From: Dimorphilus gyrociliatus
Taxonomy: Eukaryota; Animalia; Annelida
Assembly: GCA_904063045.1 (NCBI GenBank)
Contig: CAJFCJ010000030.1
Location: 124,001 to 188,000 of the forward strand
DNA length: 64,000 bases
Direction: 5' to 3'
Notes under the pieces: generated by a model
Database searches by the model: none
Seen by the model: the letters and a program-made list of their open reading frames with translations, nothing else
Told to the model about the DNA's origin: nothing
Program-made: the position numbers and the translations under genes
Part shown: positions 1-11,460 of the stretch, in pieces
Layout: every line of letters begins with the position of its first letter
Position numbering within the stretch: position 1 is the first letter of the stretch

Positions 1-477
1 GTGAAAATATTTGAGTGAAAGGCAATATAACAAACTTAAGAGAATGTTGTTACTTTAAAGTTTTGCCAAATTTTTCAGTACAATTTTAAATGAAGCAGCT
101 AAAAGAACTTTTGATTTACATAAACAATACTTTTTAAGTGTAGAATATTTCAAGTATAAATGTTATATTTTTAAAAAAAGTGATCAATAAAGTTACATCA
201 AAGTGTCATTCTGTTAAATTACTTGAAAAGAACATGTGCATATCATCATTCATGCATGAAAGACCTTTATACTCATTATCATTAATTCATCAATATGGTC
301 AGAAAAGATAGAGTGAAGTATCTCTAGCTCAAAGCGTTAATTTTTATAATGAAAAAGCCATTGACATAATAACTATTTCATCATATAAAAATAAAAGGAA
401 AAAAGTAACAAAACAGTATCGTTTCAATTTCAATTGAATGATTAAAATATGTTCACTCTATGTCAAAGAACTATACT

Positions 478-481
<4 letters not shown>

Positions 482-512
<31 letters not shown>
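482..512. repeat. (CT)n microsatellite
   Basis: Perfect CT run. Confidence 0.95.
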
Positions 513-518
<6 letters not shown>

Positions 519-2269
519 ACTCTATATAAAAAATGTGTTTGAAATTATAATAAAGTAGGGAAAATTGTATGATATTAAAGAAGTTCGTAATTGTTTTATT
601 GAGAAGAGAAATATATTAAAAGGGAGGAAAAGGTCGAAAGTAGGAGGGCAAGGTTTACTTTTGGATGATCTTTGAGTAAATTGAATAATTGGTCGGCCAT
701 CTGACGGCAAAAAATATGACGATAAAACGATATTCTTCAGGAAATGGGTTAAAAAATTAATTTCTTTGATTCTTAAAGCGATATATGAAATATAAGCGCG
801 TGCTTGGAATTCTTATATATTGTTTGTTCTTTATACAGCCATATATCATGCATGATCGAATTTCAGCTTTGATGATTGTACTATGAAATATGCATTGAAA
901 ATTCTTAATTATAAATATTTTAACTTTATATAACTCGAATTATATTAAAAGATATGGAAAATTTCAACTGTATGGAATAAATATAAAAGAAGTATAAGTA
1001 AAGAAATTAACAAGCTATCTATATCCATTTATTCTTCTTTTATTTTTCCTATTCATTCTACCAGCACTCCCTCCTTTTATCCCCTTCCCCCCCACCCACC
1101 ATGCCAGCTCACCCTCCTCTCTAAGTACTTCTAATACATGTGTTTGTTGTTTTTTTTTCTATGTAATTCTTTTATTTTTCTTTTTGAACTTGATCTTTTT
1201 TTCTTCTTTTTCTATCTATTCCTTTTTTTTTGTTATACCGCAGCAAGGGAAAAAAAGCGAAAACTCTTTGTTGCGTCAATTAAGTTTTGTGCAAACACGT
1301 TTCGTCATCTAGATAATGCTATGTCAATGTGCTTTCGAGTCTTTGATGTTGGGAGCGAAGCATTGATGTAGAATATCTGAAGAAACGAGAACAAAAGGTG
1401 GAATGATTGCAGGCCTAGTAGTTAAAGGCAGTGCCAACTTCTATCAAGATCTTTTGTTCGTTACCTTTGAAGACGTCGTTTATGCTTATATGCGCTGCAA
1501 TATCGCTGTAGCTCAGCGCATATTGTGTACGTATATGCGAATATATATATATATTATTATCTCTATACTAAGATATCTAAAAATGTAATATGTACTCATA
1601 TACAAAAAAATGAGAATATGTGAAGATATTTTTAGATAACTTTCAATTGAAGAAGTTAATAATATATAGTGTGTACTGGCAGGCGGTTTACTTTCACATT
1701 CATCATATAAGTGAATAAATATTATTATATAATAAGATAATGATAATATAAATATATCCAAATGATTGAATCATATCGTTGCATTTATGAATACAGTATA
1801 ATAGGCAAAAATATGATAATTTGTATGTTCATATACTCGGCGGCGCGAGTCGCAACAAAGAGCAGTTTGGTACGCGACTCTTTCAACATCAAAGCGAGCA
1901 TCAACTGAACAAAGTTGCTTTGAAAATGTAGTTGGTAGCCTTTGAAGACTTTCGCGATGGGCATTTTATTTATTTTTCAAAGAGAAAGTCGTAAATTAGT
2001 CGCTTGAGACTCTACTACTCCACTTATCTTTGTTTTTTATTCTCTTCGATGTACTCTATACAGCATTTATGTATACATAAGAGTGTGTATACATGTATCT
2101 TACAACACTTTGGCCAATATATACAATATAGACCTCAAACGCATCCGTAATTTATTGCCAGGAATCTCATTCATTAATTCGAGATAAATGATGTATTTGT
2201 ATAAATGTAAAGTTATATTAATGAATACAAATGTATTTTGTTATAAAGATGTATAAAAATTCATATATG

Positions 2270-2272
<3 letters not shown>

Positions 2273-2315
<43 letters not shown>
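2273..2315. repeat. (TA)n microsatellite
   Basis: Perfect TA run. Confidence 0.95.
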
Positions 2316-2321
<6 letters not shown>

Positions 2322-3420
2322 TTGAATATATAGATATTCATATATAAGAATGAATATATATACTTTATGTATGCGCTATCCATACATATTGTTAGTTATG
2401 ACTAGATATGTATATATTAATATACATTTTTATTTATATATATACAGTATACATATAAATATATATATATATATAATATATATATAGTGTACATCTGGTA
2501 CATCTAAACTCTTGCACCGTCGCAAATGAAATAATTGAATTAGATAGCGAATACAAAGGAAAAAATTGCAGGAAGAAAGATAAACGAGACAGGCTACAAA
2601 GCAAGAACAAAGTGACGCCCAAGTCCTTGGAATCAAAGGCGTCAACGCCACATGAAAGCGCCGACTAATTTAACGTCGTTGTTTGAGGATTAGTGTTCGT
2701 ATAGGGCAATAGGTGGCGTTCAGAAACACGTAATGCCTTTGATGTTTGAAGAGCATACGCGCAAACCGTAGCATTTGAAAAAGCGAACAAAGAGAAGCGC
2801 GCCGTTTACGCTCTATATAAACGTTAAGTTTTTCTTCCATCACGTGACTGAGTTTATTTCCATTTTCCTCTTACATCGCAACTTCGGATATCTCCAAACA
2901 AGTTAAATGGCGGCAATCAAATGCAATTTATTAATTTTTTTCGCACGATTGAACTGACAGAATGCTGATATTTTCAATCTCTTTTACGAGGTCATTGAAA
3001 GTAAAAGTGTTTCGCCTTTTGCAGTTACTTTATCATTACTTTTCCATCTTTCTTTCACATAGTCTCTCCCGCTCTCTCTTTTATTCAGTTTTGCGGTAGG
3101 TAAAAGAGAGAAAGACTTTGATTAGAGATTATAGATTTTTGCAAAAAGAAAAAAAAGAGAGGGGAAAGCTATTGGGATTATCATAGATTATTATTAGAGT
3201 GAAAGATTAAACGCCAGTGCACTCGATGTGGTCTTTATAATCGTCACGACCTTCTAAGTTTTCATCGTCACTCTTTTTCTCTCATTCTCCATAAGAAGTG
3301 CTTATAAAGGCGTATAAAAAGTCTCTTTTTCTTAGAAACAAAGGACAGTTCCATTTCTACTTATTTCATGGCCAATAAACTGGAATAGCAAAGGAGGCGG
3401 GAGAGTGAGGCTATTTAGAC

Positions 3421-3465
3421 GTCACGTGACCGAAACCAATACGCGTATTAGCCAATAGATGTCAG
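3421..3465. promoter_or_regulatory. Dense promoter-like motif cluster just past the Axin stop codon
   Basis: GTCACGTGAC palindromic E-box (3421-3430), CCAAT at 3436 and 3452, perfect palindrome AATACGCGTATT (3438-3449), and CTCF-like CCAATAGATGTCAG (3452-3465). Confidence 0.5.
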
Positions 3466-3478
3466 AAACTTTTCGCGT

Positions 3479-5005
3479 TTAATCGAGTTTATTTATAGTC
3501 AATACAATTTTACCGTCGAACAGCGGAAGAGGTTCATTTTCATTTGTGACTTCTTCGTGAACGACGCCAACGCCAAACTCTTCCGAGTGTTTCTTGACGA
3601 AAAATCTGTATTAAAAAATGAATCCGCTTTAATAATGAGCGATTAAATGATCTAACGAACAAAGTGACTAATCAGAGAGGGTTGGAGGTAAGGAAAAGGG
3701 AATAGCGTGAAGCGGTATGAAGCGGGTAGACAACTTAAAAATGAGAGAAGAAGGAAGCGAAGTTGCGGCAACTTCAAAGTACGGCTACAAAGCTGTAAGA
3801 TCAGAGAGCGGCACAATTACAGACAGGCGGCGCACGGTAAAGGCGTTCTTTCATCTTCGATTTGTTCACCACTTTCTTCTTCCTAACCGCGTACGATAGT
3901 AGGCCGTCAGTTTATGGGCGGCGGTCTGCACATTCTTCAGCATTGTTCGACAAACAACGTAATTTTTAAACTCCTGTCTTTTCTCTGATCATAATAGACG
4001 TTATCCTTTCTTGTATAGTTTACCTATAAAGCCATCTAATGATAAAATGCTACAACTATCAAATGGCTGTGATATTATTTAAGCAAATGCAAGGTGAAGG
4101 GTGAAGGTTTTGACCAAGACAAGACTGGCTAATTGCTTATAAACGCTTTTTAACGCTTAAGGTATTTTTACCCACGCTACAACTAATAATACCTGCAGTT
4201 TGCTCCCCTTCTAATATGCTCCTTGATCTGGGCTAGGGTTATATTTCGGCCGGGCATTCGAAACTTGTATGGGATTTCCTCGTTGAATAAGAAATAACCG
4301 ACTACTGTTGATTCTTCTTCTATTTTCGCTTTGTTCATCATCCATTCAAGGACTCTATTTCGTGTGGGAAATATTTTTAAATGATGATCGGAAGAGTAAG
4401 AGAAAGGAAAAGATTCGATTGGGGAGATTAATCTTTTCATATTATCGTAGCCGAGAGATACTCCTGAATCCGTTCCTCTAGCCGATAGCGAGGCTTCTTC
4501 CAATTCCCTTTTGGAAAATACCCTAAAGACATGCTCATCCAAAATATTTTGGGGATCATCGGGATGAATTAATGAATTATCTGATGATGAGTAATCAACA
4601 GTAGAATTTTGTAGAGGTCTGTCGTCTTCAGATTCGTCTTTTAACCTCCTTAGATGATCTCTGCTCTCGCGACTTCGCCGTAGGTAATCATTTAAACGAT
4701 CCGTTACTCGCCTATGAAATTCTGCAGGATTTGTTTCAGCTAAATTAGGCTTGAAATTTTGAGTAGCCGGTAAACGTTGTCTCTATTGATTAGTTATAAT
4801 ATTGATTAATTAGCGTAATTGATTAACATACTTTTATAATCAATCGATAAAATACCTTTAAACTTGATATTCTTTCAACTATTTTGAATATGAGTTGGGA
4901 AGTTGTTGGTTCATCGGAGCACGGACAAGCCAAACAACATCCTGGACATGAGTCGTTCGTGGCTCTCTTAATAATAGCCGATTCGGTATTGCACAATGTG
5001 CACAT
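3479..5005 (-). CDS. AXIN: Axin-like scaffold (GSK3-binding helix, beta-catenin-binding motif, C-terminal DIX domain); no RGS domain found; about 288 aa if started at ATG 5005
   Basis: Exons (minus): 5005-4856 (tentative, Cys-rich), 4782-4193, 3605-3479, all GT-AG and in frame. Exon 2 encodes NPAEFHRRVTDRLNDY (like the Axin GSK3-binding helix PxxFAxxLIxRL), DDPQNILDEHVFRVF (like Axin PESILDEHVQRV) and the DIX start TVVGYFLFNEEIPYKFRMPGRNITLAQIKEHIRRGANCR. The last exon completes DIX: FFVKKHSEEFGVGVVHEEVTNENEPLPLFDGKIVLTINKLD*. The 5' end is uncertain. Confidence 0.85.
4025..4074 (-). ncRNA. Candidate miR-2/miR-13-like hairpin in the Axin intron
   Basis: Minus strand 4074-4053 reads TATCACAGCCATTTGATAGTTG, resembling miR-13 (UAUCACAGCCAUUUUGA...). 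It forms an imperfect inverted repeat with 4025-4044. The seed-bearing arm is 5', which is atypical for the family. Confidence 0.3.
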
Positions 5006-5874
5006 TCTCACCGTCTTGCACAAACTAAACACTTAACTTTTACGCAATCGGCCGATGGGTGGCGCTACTCGTAACTAGGCAGTTAAAGTACCCTTTCTGC
5101 CCTCCCACCAACCTATCAGCGAGAATGTCTTTTGTGTCTCATGTTGATGAACAGGATATTATTTCAAACATAGTCCAGTCTAGATGCAATTTTGGGAAAT
5201 TATATAATCTTTAGGCTTTAAGGAGACAGCGTTAAGATTTCTATTTGATTTATAAACTGGCTTTTAATAAAAAAACCTTGACAAACATTAAAGGTTTTTT
5301 GATACCTTTACAGACGTTATATATTCTTTTTTTATTCATAAAAGAGAAAACGTTGTATAATTACGCTACAGGAATAAACAGTTATAAGGAGATGTAACGC
5401 CTGGCACTTATTAGAATATAAAAGCGTCTTTATTATACATTTTACACCTTTTAAAGGAATTAGGAACGCCCAAAAAATTCTGCCTAACCATCTTTAATGG
5501 TTATTATTATTCTTTTACTTTTTAAAGCAAAAGGCAAAAGATTTTAGGAGATGAAGGAATTAATTAAAGCCGAAATGAAACTAGGAGGGATGCTGTAAGT
5601 GTCACCTGTTATGCAGTCTGTTTCTATATAATTTGTTAAGAGGGTGTGGCCTATTCAACCCTTTCCTTTAATATATGCTTGCCCTTAGGTGCTACAGGAG
5701 TTAACTGGTGGCTTTTCCTTTCGCGTGTTATTGCTCGATTTCACATACAACTAACGTTGCGTGCCAGTCAAATAATTCAATATCACACATTATCGCCCCT
5801 TTTACGCTGTCTTTTTTTCTCATTTTCCCTAATCTATCTGTTCTGTTGTGGGGAAAACTTTAATTAGTTTATTC

Positions 5875-5877
<3 letters not shown>

Positions 5878-5919
<42 letters not shown>
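5878..5919. repeat. (CT)n microsatellite
   Basis: Perfect CT run. Confidence 0.95.
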
Positions 5920-5925
<6 letters not shown>

Positions 5926-6452
5926 TATTTAATACTGATTGCTAGGTTGGTCTTTGGCGCATTTATAGTCATTTTTTTTAAATACTCCTCTTAATAGTTT
6001 ATGAATAGGAGAGGGGGTTGAAATATTAATTTATTTTAATTAATTACCATTGACCATTTGAAAGTTTTTCAGAGGAAAATACTAAGAACAAAGCAAAACT
6101 AATAGGAATAAGATGAGAAAAGATTGTAAATACGCCTTTAGCGCAACTCGAACTACAACCCTTGAAGTTCCAGCCTCAAGGCTAGCTATCATCTACCGTT
6201 TGCTGATTGGACGAAACCTTTTCCTTCTTTTAATACCCTACCAGAATATATTAAGCGTTATTTCGGCACTAGAAGCAATTTTACCTTGATCTTGAAATAA
6301 GAAAGGTTCGTCAAATAGCAAGGAGGATAGGCTCAAAAACAGGGTATTTGAGGGAGGTAGGGTAAATTTTCAGAAATGGAAAAAGGAAAGAGTTGCGAGT
6401 TAAAAAAAAATGAACAGGAGGAGAATAAAGGGAGGCTGGTAAATCGCGAAAG

Positions 6453-6466
6453 ACGCCATCTGCTGC
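6453..6466 (-). promoter_or_regulatory. CTCF-like motif
   Basis: Minus strand GCAGCAGATGGCGT matches 12 of 14 positions of the CCASYAGRKGGCRS consensus, inside a GC-richer island upstream of Axin. Confidence 0.4.
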
Positions 6467-9219
6467 CCGAAAGAAATGACTGTACTGCATCGGTACGCCG
6501 CTCTTTTTCCACGCACCATTGAGTAAGATGAGAGAAAAAGGACGTACCACAAAGGAGCGGACACTGTATAGTAGACGCTCGAGTGTAACACCTGCCCAGC
6601 GGCATCATCAAAGAACCTCACACCTGGCGTCACCTTAAGATTTATTTTGTTCAAGAATGACCCGACCGGGCTTCGTCTTTCACCAGGAAATTGTCGGCAA
6701 ATGGTTCAAAAGCGTGCCTGAACAAACCATTGCGCGTTGCTACACAACGCCAATGCTCATTAGACGCTTTGAAGCGCGTGGGATATATCGTTTTACGTCG
6801 ATAGCAACAAACTTAAAAAAACTCATCAAACGCTCATATTTGCTTGTATAGGTAAGCTTATATAGATACAACGTACACGCACGCTAGAGTAGAAGCGTTT
6901 TTTTCATAAAACGTCTACATTTTCCTAAACATTATGATATTATCGTACAAATCCTGTTAAAACACTCTCAAACGCTTCTTTCTTCCCCTTTCCTTTTCGT
7001 TTACTTGACGAGCTTGTACAATTAGTGAAATTTATCGACGTTTTATTGTCATCGTCGAGTATGGTGGCGGCAAGATAAAAGCCGGCGGTCGAGGGGCGAC
7101 AATTTAAAAGACGTCAGTTTTTTCTCTCACCCTCACCACCCCCTCCCTCTTTCTCTCCACCTCGCACCCTTTGCCAATTTTTTTCCCAACTAAACAAGTG
7201 TTGTCAATAATTTGAGAAAGTTTTTTTTATATATAAAAAAAGAAAATATTATCCTATTAATTTACTTGAAATAAAGTTTTTGACCTCGTTTTTTTTGTTA
7301 ATGTATATAAAAGGTTTTATAAATTTATGAAAGGATTCTAAATATGGCCCCAGAAGAGAGAGAGAGAGAGAGAGAGAGACAAAGAGATCGTTTTACTGAT
7401 AGATGAAAATAAAGAAAGTTAAGATCGAATGTTTCTTTCTTCTTAGTTCGATAAGTTAGATATAGGCAGAAATATGCTCTTTTCTCCCCTCTCCTACTTT
7501 CTTTCATTACTCTATTTCCACCTTTGCCGTTAGAACATTCCGTTTGATATTAGAAATTCAAAAGAGTCTCAATAGTCCTCGTTAAAGAACGTAAAAAATG
7601 GAGAATAAAGAAAATAGGGAAGAAATAAAAGTATGCAATCTCTCTCTTTCTCTCCTTCTTTTCTTTTCTTTCTTTCTTTTTACCTTACAAGGAATGGAAT
7701 CTGAAGTTGAATCACAAGAAAAAGAAAAAAATTTGTTCTTTATAATGTAAGAACTTTATATCTTTTCCATACACCTCTTCTTCTTTTATTCAGTCCGTAC
7801 CCCCTACCCTCCACCATCCTCCCTCCTTCACCTCTTTCTCTATTCTTATTGTGGAATGTTATAATTTTAAGAATAATTGGTTTAGCACAACAGAAAAAGA
7901 AAGGGAAAAAAAAGGTAAATAGAAGAGAAGAGAAAAATACTAAATTGACTATTTTATCAAGTAGTTATTAAGTTTATTGAAAAAAGATTGTCTTATTTAT
8001 TTTCCAAGTGTCAAAGTCCTGTATTAAGCTACTTTTTTCTTCTTTTTTTTATATATAAACATTTGACATTTAACGTATAAACTTCAAAGAATCGACAAAC
8101 ATTAAAGAAGGCAGTCGACCCATACGCTATTCTCTATATGCTATTCAAACTTTTTCCTCTTCATTCCTCCTATTACCTCTCTTTCTATAGTCCTTGTATC
8201 AAATACAATAACGTTGATATCATATTTTCTTTCATTTTTCATTCGGCTCTTTTTATTAAGAACGATGTTTTTACTAATAAAATATTTTACAGATAATGTT
8301 TTTTTGTAAATTAAAGTAAAAACGGATTAAAAACGAAAAATTAATAAGTTTCGTAAAAAAAGATAAGATAAGAGTTTATAAGTTTTTATATATAGAGACA
8401 GATTTTTTTTTTATTTCAATGTCAAAAGTATTAAATTGCTTTATGTTAAAAGGAAAAGTCGCTATTTTATTATTATTAGCATTTTTCTTTGAATTAGTTT
8501 TTTCCCATCGTACGCTTAATTAGAGACAACAGCTAATTATATCTTTTATTGCTTAATAATTATATTCCTTTAGATTAGAAGGTTATAATATATTATTTTT
8601 TTAAATTAGAGCTTATTTTTTCCCATTTTACTTCTTTCTTCTTCCTTCTTTTTCAAGCATCCCATTTTTTTATCTTTCTTCTTTCACTCTAGTGTTTGAA
8701 CTACATACAAACGTAGTTAGCGTATGTGTATACACAACACCTAATACCTTCTATGTTCCCTTGTTTAAACAACAAGTGACACAACTAGCGACATCTGTTT
8801 TAATTAAATGTCAAATTTTTTAGAAGATCCCTCTCGTCTCGTTCTAAAAAGGTTCGAGATTGCAATGGTTACATATCAAAGTTAAATTTCTGCTTTAGGG
8901 GGGCGTTTGCGGTTTCTTTAAATTTCTATTTACTACGAGTTTTTAACGACTTAGAGCGGGGCCGAATGTATTTCTTTTATTTTTAGGGTGGGTAGGGAGA
9001 GGGGTGGATAAGAATGCGAGTCCTAAGGGAGGTTACTTGCCAACTTCTAATCCCTGAGGCAACATCCGCTAACAAACGTTTAAAAAAATCAAAAATATTT
9101 AAATGATCCTTTACGATTCGGTTTCTTTGAATGAGGTCTAATAAAATTCTTTTATATCCTTTTTGTAACCAAATGTCACCTTATAGAGCAAAACAAAGCA
9201 AAAAAAATACCAGAGGAAG

Positions 9220-9230
9220 AGTGAGTGAGT

Positions 9231-9268
<38 letters not shown>
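9220..9268. repeat. Compound (GAGT)n(GA)n microsatellite
   Basis: GAGT units followed by a GA run. Confidence 0.9.
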
Positions 9269-10785
9269 AGCATATCCTCATATAAACGGAAAAAAAATAA
9301 CAATAAAGCGTCTGATTAAGTAGATCTATTGAATCACTAAGATAGATCGGTATGTTTCCTAATACTAACCAATTAATAGATTAATTAGCTAGTCTTTCTT
9401 TTTAATTAAGAAATTGACTTTTGCTTAATTACAGGAGAGATAAAATCGGTCACTTCAAAGACGGAAAATGCTCCAAATTATCAATTAATAATAATCAAAT
9501 CTAGCAATCTAATTCGTTAATCCAGTAAATAACTAATAGGAAACTCTTTTCTAATTAAAATCCGTCGAATTGAATCACTTCATTTATGTTTCAAATGTTC
9601 ATTTGTATTCTTGACACGGGGGTACACATGGGCATTATGATATGAATGATACAATACATTATATGGAGGTGACATCTACTGTATAATATTGAAATTAAAC
9701 GGATTTTTTTTAACCAAAAGAAATTATGTTAAATAAAATAAGAATTGTAGGAAAAGCCAAGGGAAAGAGATTACGACAGATACGGTTATCCTAGCTAAAA
9801 AGATTTACCCAGGAGCTTGCCCCTATTTCTGCTGGAGAAATTGTAAGATTTACTCTGTAGCTAGGCCTATGAATGGGGCTAAAGCGATGGACTGAAAGAG
9901 AAAATCTTTTCAGCTAACAAACTAAGGAATGTTTCTTTTTTTTTTGCAAAAAATTAATCATATCTCTATTCACATTCGTTTATTTGATGCAAGTAATTGT
10001 ATGGATAAGCTTTCAAGCTAAATAAGACTAATTAGGATATATATTTAAGCCTATAATTGTTACCTTCCCCGCCTCCCCTCCTTTCCTCTCATAAATGAAA
10101 ACAACCAATAAAAGCAGTGTTAATTCTAGGATGTTGTTTTTTGTTATCTACCCATTCTTGCCTACTCTTTCCTTTCACCATCTTCCTCTCTCTCTTTCTG
10201 TCCCTACTTTATTTCTTAAGTTTTCTTTTATTCCAGTTGTGTATACATCTACTTCACTTGTATTGTATAAAGTGGAAGAAGGAAGGATAAGTACATTGAA
10301 GCGTGAAAGGAACAAAAAAGATCCAAATATGTCGTGTTTACGCAACAACTCCTCTTGACAATCTTAAATAAATCAATGGTATTTAATCAAAAGGAAACGA
10401 TCAGTATTGATTTTTTTTAAAGGATATGTTTTTACCATATAAAAAGAAGCAATAGATGGAAAGATATATATATATATATATACATTATCTCTTGTATGTA
10501 TTAGGGAGAGGAAAACGGAGAGATAGAGAACGAGCTAAAGTGAAAATGAGAAGACTAAGATTGCTTTTTTTTTTATATCAAGATAAATACGCTTGTCTTA
10601 GACTTTAATCGAACAATCAACGCATAATTTTTATATATAAGCTATATAAATATAATATTTATTGATAAATTATATATATATATATACTGTATATATATTA
10701 ATATATCAAGATATAAAGATATAACGGAAATGGAAGAAATAGATTTTGATAGCACTTTTGGAAGTGGGAGGCATAATTTATCATT

Positions 10786-11460
10786 TCATGATATTGAACA
10801 TATTGTTGATTTAACTGGTTCCTTTGAATAGACAACATTCTTTTTAACTTTGATTTGAATATCTTCAATTACTTGTTCATCAGTGTTTACATCTTTTATC
10901 TCTTGCAATTTCTCCTCGCCTAGTTCTCTTTCTAGTTTAATATTCCAAGCTCTCTGCAAAAGCAACTCGGCTTCGTAATTTCGTAGTTTTTTATCCCTGT
11001 CACTCTCTTCCTTTGCTAAAGCTTTTAATCTGTCCTGTAAATGCCTAATTTCGTCATTCAGCTGTCGAAATTCTTCCGAGCTGGACGCTCCTGATCTAAG
11101 AATTTCTAGTTCTTCTTTTAGACTAGATAATTCCGATGTTAATAATTTATTAAGCTGTTTTTCCTCTTTTAAATTATTTTCCAATCTCTCCTTTCCCTCC
11201 TCTAATTCTTTTATTCGACCATCTCTGTCTTCTTTTTCTGTTGTCAATTTAACATTTTCCTTAATCAGCTCGTCAAAAGCTTTATTTTCACTTTCACGCA
11301 TCATTTTTAATTCAGAGTTAACGTTAGTTTTTGGCATATCAGCAATCTCTATCTTCCTCTGTTCGCTATTCTTGCTCTTCCTTTCTGACACCGATTCTGA
11401 CCCTGATTTCGATGTATTATCCTTATCATTATCAGTAGGTTGGCCCGTATTTCCTTCCAT
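10786..11460 (-). CDS. Uncharacterised coiled-coil protein (224 aa ORF; upstream exon possible)
   Basis: Long ORF in AT-rich DNA with an E/K/L-rich heptad-like stretch (FDELIKENVKLTTEKEDRDGRIKELEEGKERLENNLKEEKQLNKLLTSELSSLKEELEIL) after a disordered N-terminus. No family recognised. Confidence 0.7.
   Translation of the reverse strand: MEGNTGQPTDNDKDNTSKSGSESVSERKSKNSEQRKIEIADMPKTNVNSELKMMRESENKAFDELIKENVKLTTEKEDRDGRIKELEEGKERLENNLKEEKQLNKLLTSELSSLKEELEILRSGASSSEEFRQLNDEIRHLQDRLKALAKEESDRDKKLRNYEAELLLQRAWNIKLERELGEEKLQEIKDVNTDEQVIEDIQIKVKKNVVYSKEPVKSTICSIS

Noticed and set aside
6670-6686. TGAAAGACGA on the minus strand (miR-71-like 5' end)
   Set aside because: Only the first 8-10 nt match and there is no pre-miRNA-sized hairpin.
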